Of a DNA stretch of 64,000 bases, positions 60,807 through 64,000 are shown piece after piece (position 1 is the first letter of the stretch; each line of letters begins with the position of its first letter). Position numbers and translations under genes: made by a program. The DNA comes from Spirochaetaceae bacterium (lineage in GTDB: Bacteria > Spirochaetota > Spirochaetia > DSM-2461). The stretch spans positions 664,315-728,314 of the forward strand of contig JAOPTT010000006.1 of assembly GCA_051531975.1 (NCBI GenBank), written 5' to 3'. The notes beneath the pieces were generated by a model. The model saw nothing but the letters and a program-made list of their open reading frames with translations. It searched no databases and was not told the DNA's origin.

Positions 60807-61016
60807 AACTCACCTCCTTGATGATATAATTATTTTATTACTGATATGTGAAATTGGTGAGGGATTGTATTTAGATTCGAGGGGTTATACTTTTTAGTTT
60901 TTTAATTAAAAAAAATCCCGGATACATATAAAACTGTCTGTTTTACATGTCCGGGGGTAATTGTTTTAATCAGCTGATATTATTAGTTAATATTATTTTA
61001 ATGATATAGGACTTTG

Positions 61017-61949
61017 TTATAAACCCTGAAATTCATCTAACCAGTTCAGGTTTAAAGTATTTCCATCTAAATCTAATGGTAGAAAAACATATGTTGAGTC
61101 AAAATAATGATCCTTTTCCCCTTCCCATCTATCTCCTATATATACATAGCTTTGTTTATCACTATTTTTTATTGGTAGAACCCAGGTTGGCTGACTCCTG
61201 AACGAATTTTCATTACCAATGTTTTTTAATGGACTCCATTTACCGGTTATACTTTTTGAATATGAATATTTAGTCTGATTAGGGGACCATCCAGTGCAAC
61301 CAGAAGTTAACATATAATAATAATCTCCACTTTTAAACAGAGCTGGGGCTTCCCTAAACTGACCAGGCCAAAGTGTCCTTACATGTTCATCTATTGATAG
61401 GTAGTCATCTGATAATCTATAAATATTCATATCTGCATTATCCCTTGCAGATGAAATAAAATATGCTGTTCCATCAACATCTTTATATAAAGTACAATCC
61501 CTGGACATGTGGCCTACAGGATTAAAACTACCTAAATATCTGAATTCAGATGTTATATCATCGCTTACTGCAACTGCACATCTAGCCTCTAAGTAGTCAC
61601 CTGGTCTCTCCCAGTGCATCCACATAATCCATTGTTTCGTACTGTCGTTATATATAACTTTAGGTCTTTCTATATTACACCCCTCTCCGATATCAGCTTT
61701 TTCTCCACTGATTTCCAGAGTAGAATCTGTTCTGACATAATAATCTAAAGTTGGGCTATCTAAAGACAATATACAATTTTCAAACTTCCAATTTATAAGA
61801 TCGCTTGAAGAGTAACACGAAACTTTATTACGTTCTCTTCTATCTTCCCCTATCCAGTAATATCTACTATTTTCAAAAACAATTTGGCCACCATGAGCAT
61901 GTAAAATATTTTGTTCATTATCAAGAATTTCTTTTCCATTATTAATCAT
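61017..61949 (-). CDS. GH43 glycoside hydrolase (exo-beta-1,3-galactanase-like)
   Basis: HAHGG, IERPKVIYN, SRDCTLY.D.DG, REAPA, SGCTGWSPNQ, GDRW. Confidence 0.85.
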   Translation of the reverse strand: MINNGKEILDNEQNILHAHGGQIVFENSRYYWIGEDRRERNKVSCYSSSDLINWKFENCILSLDSPTLDYYVRTDSTLEISGEKADIGEGCNIERPKVIYNDSTKQWIMWMHWERPGDYLEARCAVAVSDDITSEFRYLGSFNPVGHMSRDCTLYKDVDGTAYFISSARDNADMNIYRLSDDYLSIDEHVRTLWPGQFREAPALFKSGDYYYMLTSGCTGWSPNQTKYSYSKSITGKWSPLKNIGNENSFRSQPTWVLPIKNSDKQSYVYIGDRWEGEKDHYFDSTYVFLPLDLDGNTLNLNWLDEFQGL

Positions 61950-62060
61950 TATTATCCACCTTTTATTCTAATTTTAAATATTAACATAGGTACTATAAAT
62001 GATGAGATTGAGAAAATTTAGATATTTGGTATGTATTAATTTAGGTTAATAATTCTATGT

Positions 62061-62975
62061 TTAGTTAGAATATGGACATGAGACTAAACATAGACCACAA
62101 TCCGTACCGAACTTTTTCCAACTTTTAAAACACTTTGTATCACTAGTTATATGCCATGGCTCCTCGGTTGAATTATCGATTGCTTCAGAGGGACAGATTT
62201 TTGAACATTTTTTACATGTCCTACATACTTTTTTCAGACCAAATGGCTTTGGAGAATCCGCCAACAGAGGTAAGTTTGTAGTCACAGCTCCAAGTCTTAT
62301 TCTAGCACCGTAATCTTTGTTTATTAATATACCTATTCTACCGATCTCCCCTAGTCCAGCTCGGTATGCTACTGGAACCATGGGTATTGAAGTCTCTCCA
62401 TCCATATGACAATTTGCATCGTATCCTAGAGCTCTAATATAGTAACTAATCATCATTCCAATTAGAGCAACTCTGCTATAACCCCTTACAACCTCTACTG
62501 ATTCCTTAGCTCCTGGTGCATTTAAAAGTTGATCTTTATTCATTTCAACTGCAAAAACTATTGAATATGGATTATTCTCTATGACTTCTTTACCATAACT
62601 CTCTCCCCGACCTCTATAAGAGTAATAAAGCCTTGGATTCATATCTGCTACACCTGTAATTACAGCGCCATAATCTACAGCAAGTTTTTTAATAACTTCT
62701 GTTATTTTTTTAGGATCAACTGTTGTTATTTCTTTTGACTTACTCTGATGAGCCAATGGTCTAATATCTTTTAGAAACTGGAATGTGGAATCTACAAGTT
62801 TTTGTGAATAAACATCATCATCAAATTCTCCATTAGAGTGACTTCTTAGTTTTTTATCTATAAGCTCATTTTCTGGTTTACTGCTATAATAATTGTCATA
62901 TTTTTCTGATCCTTCTTCAAGTTCAAAAATTCTTGAAAACAGAGTATCTCTTTCATCAAATTGTCTCATGTACAT
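62061..62975 (-). CDS. 4Fe-4S dicluster protein of the reductive dehalogenase/QueG superfamily
   Basis: YIRALGYDA, AGLGEIGR.G, YGARIRLGAVTTNLPL, CRTCKKCSKICP, CGLCLVSCPY. Confidence 0.75.
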   Translation of the reverse strand: MYMRQFDERDTLFSRIFELEEGSEKYDNYYSSKPENELIDKKLRSHSNGEFDDDVYSQKLVDSTFQFLKDIRPLAHQSKSKEITTVDPKKITEVIKKLAVDYGAVITGVADMNPRLYYSYRGRGESYGKEVIENNPYSIVFAVEMNKDQLLNAPGAKESVEVVRGYSRVALIGMMISYYIRALGYDANCHMDGETSIPMVPVAYRAGLGEIGRIGILINKDYGARIRLGAVTTNLPLLADSPKPFGLKKVCRTCKKCSKICPSEAIDNSTEEPWHITSDTKCFKSWKKFGTDCGLCLVSCPYSN

Positions 62976-63124
62976 TCCTTTAGTGGAGATAATTATGAGT
63001 TTTATGTTACTATTTTTCGACAGATACTACAAATAATTTCGAGGGATGAGTCTAAAAAATATTGTTTCAAAGTATGTTTATTATATACATTTCTATATTA
63101 TGTTAAGGAGTGTAAGGAAATAAT

Positions 63125-63991
63125 ATGATTAAAGAAGATAGTTTAGTAGAAATTTATCAGCTTTTTAATAACTCAAAAATTAGAACATACCAACATGGTT
63201 ATGATAAAATTGGAACCAATTGGTATTATAATAAGAGAAGAGATCCATATAACAGGTTATACATAATTACGACCGGGGAAGGTTATTTGGAAAGTCCGGT
63301 TAAAAAAATACCTCTAACAGTAGGAAATGCATATTTTATTCCCAGAGATGTGACATATACTATGGGAACAAAAACCAATATTGGTATGTTTTGGGTGCAT
63401 TTTGATCTGGAACTTTATCCAGGATTTGATATGGGAGATAGTAAAAACTGTGTGGAAATAATACCCTACCTGATGGATGAAAATGATCCGGTCTGCTCAA
63501 TAATCTACAGTAGAAATCCTGGGGATATTTTAATTCTAAAAAGCAGAATTTTATATATTTGTGGTCTATTTTTAAACAGCTTTGAAAAGTCCTACGGCAA
63601 GGATTACAAATTGATACAAAAATATAAACTGATATTCCCTTATTTCTGGGAAAAAATAGATGCAAATCTACCAATATCAAATCTATCAGATATTATGGGG
63701 ATGTCATATACAACTTTTTATAGACACTTTAATACGGATTTTGGCTGCTCTCCAAAAGACTTTATGCAAAATAAGGTTATCCAGAAAGCTTCCCATCTTC
63801 TTATACACTCTACAAAACCGACAAAAGAGATAGCAGCAAATCTTGGTTTCCATGAGGCTTCATATTTTTCAAAGCTTTTTAAGAAAAGAACTGGGAAATC
63901 ACCATCTCTCTATAGAAAAGAGTTCCTATATATACCGGAAATTGCTGGGAAAAAGCCGGTTTGGGATACAAACGTCTCAGGAAATGAATAA
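63125..63991 (+). CDS. AraC family regulator
   Basis: FNTDFGCSP, LGFHEASYFSKLFKKRTGKSPSLYR. Confidence 0.9.
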   Translation: MIKEDSLVEIYQLFNNSKIRTYQHGYDKIGTNWYYNKRRDPYNRLYIITTGEGYLESPVKKIPLTVGNAYFIPRDVTYTMGTKTNIGMFWVHFDLELYPGFDMGDSKNCVEIIPYLMDENDPVCSIIYSRNPGDILILKSRILYICGLFLNSFEKSYGKDYKLIQKYKLIFPYFWEKIDANLPISNLSDIMGMSYTTFYRHFNTDFGCSPKDFMQNKVIQKASHLLIHSTKPTKEIAANLGFHEASYFSKLFKKRTGKSPSLYRKEFLYIPEIAGKKPVWDTNVSGNE

Positions 63992-64000
63992 TTATTACAT

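Noticed and set aside
14278..63680. Many short antisense or overlapping ORFs in the track (e.g. 16588..16998, 18579..18995, 52130..52585)
   Set aside because: Shadow frames opposite well-supported genes, without recognisable motifs

Overview
AT-rich bacterial chromosomal window. The gene content suggests an anaerobic, sugar-fermenting free-living spirochaete or similar; this is inference only. The first ~14 kb is an accessory region built around a dispersed, co-oriented family of ~160-bp non-coding repeats: five full copies, two short variants and degenerate remnants. Each full copy has a 12-bp-spaced TGT(A/G)(G/A)(C/A)CAA doublet and 10-bp-phased RTACAAA heptamers, and ends in a tmRNA/tRNA-Ala-like 3' fragment (TTCGATTCCCTCCACCTCCA). 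The repeats look like tyrosine-integrase att sites, but no integrase lies between them. They delimit small cassettes rich in toxin-antitoxin/anti-phage genes (AbiF-like HEPN with an upstream RNA hairpin, YhfG-Fic, two different MNT-HEPN pairs) plus decaying cargo. I interpret this as an integron-like cassette array accreted at an ssrA-type site. The rest (14-64 kb) is metabolic/regulatory: pntAB transhydrogenase, MarR-Lon, MBL-cNMP hydrolase, hybrid kinases, a diguanylate cyclase, an OmpR-type two-component system with dipZ-msrB-msrA, two sugar ABC loci, GH3, GH42, GH43, a sulfatase and AraC/TetR regulators. All calls come from reading the sequence and ORF track; no database searches were run.
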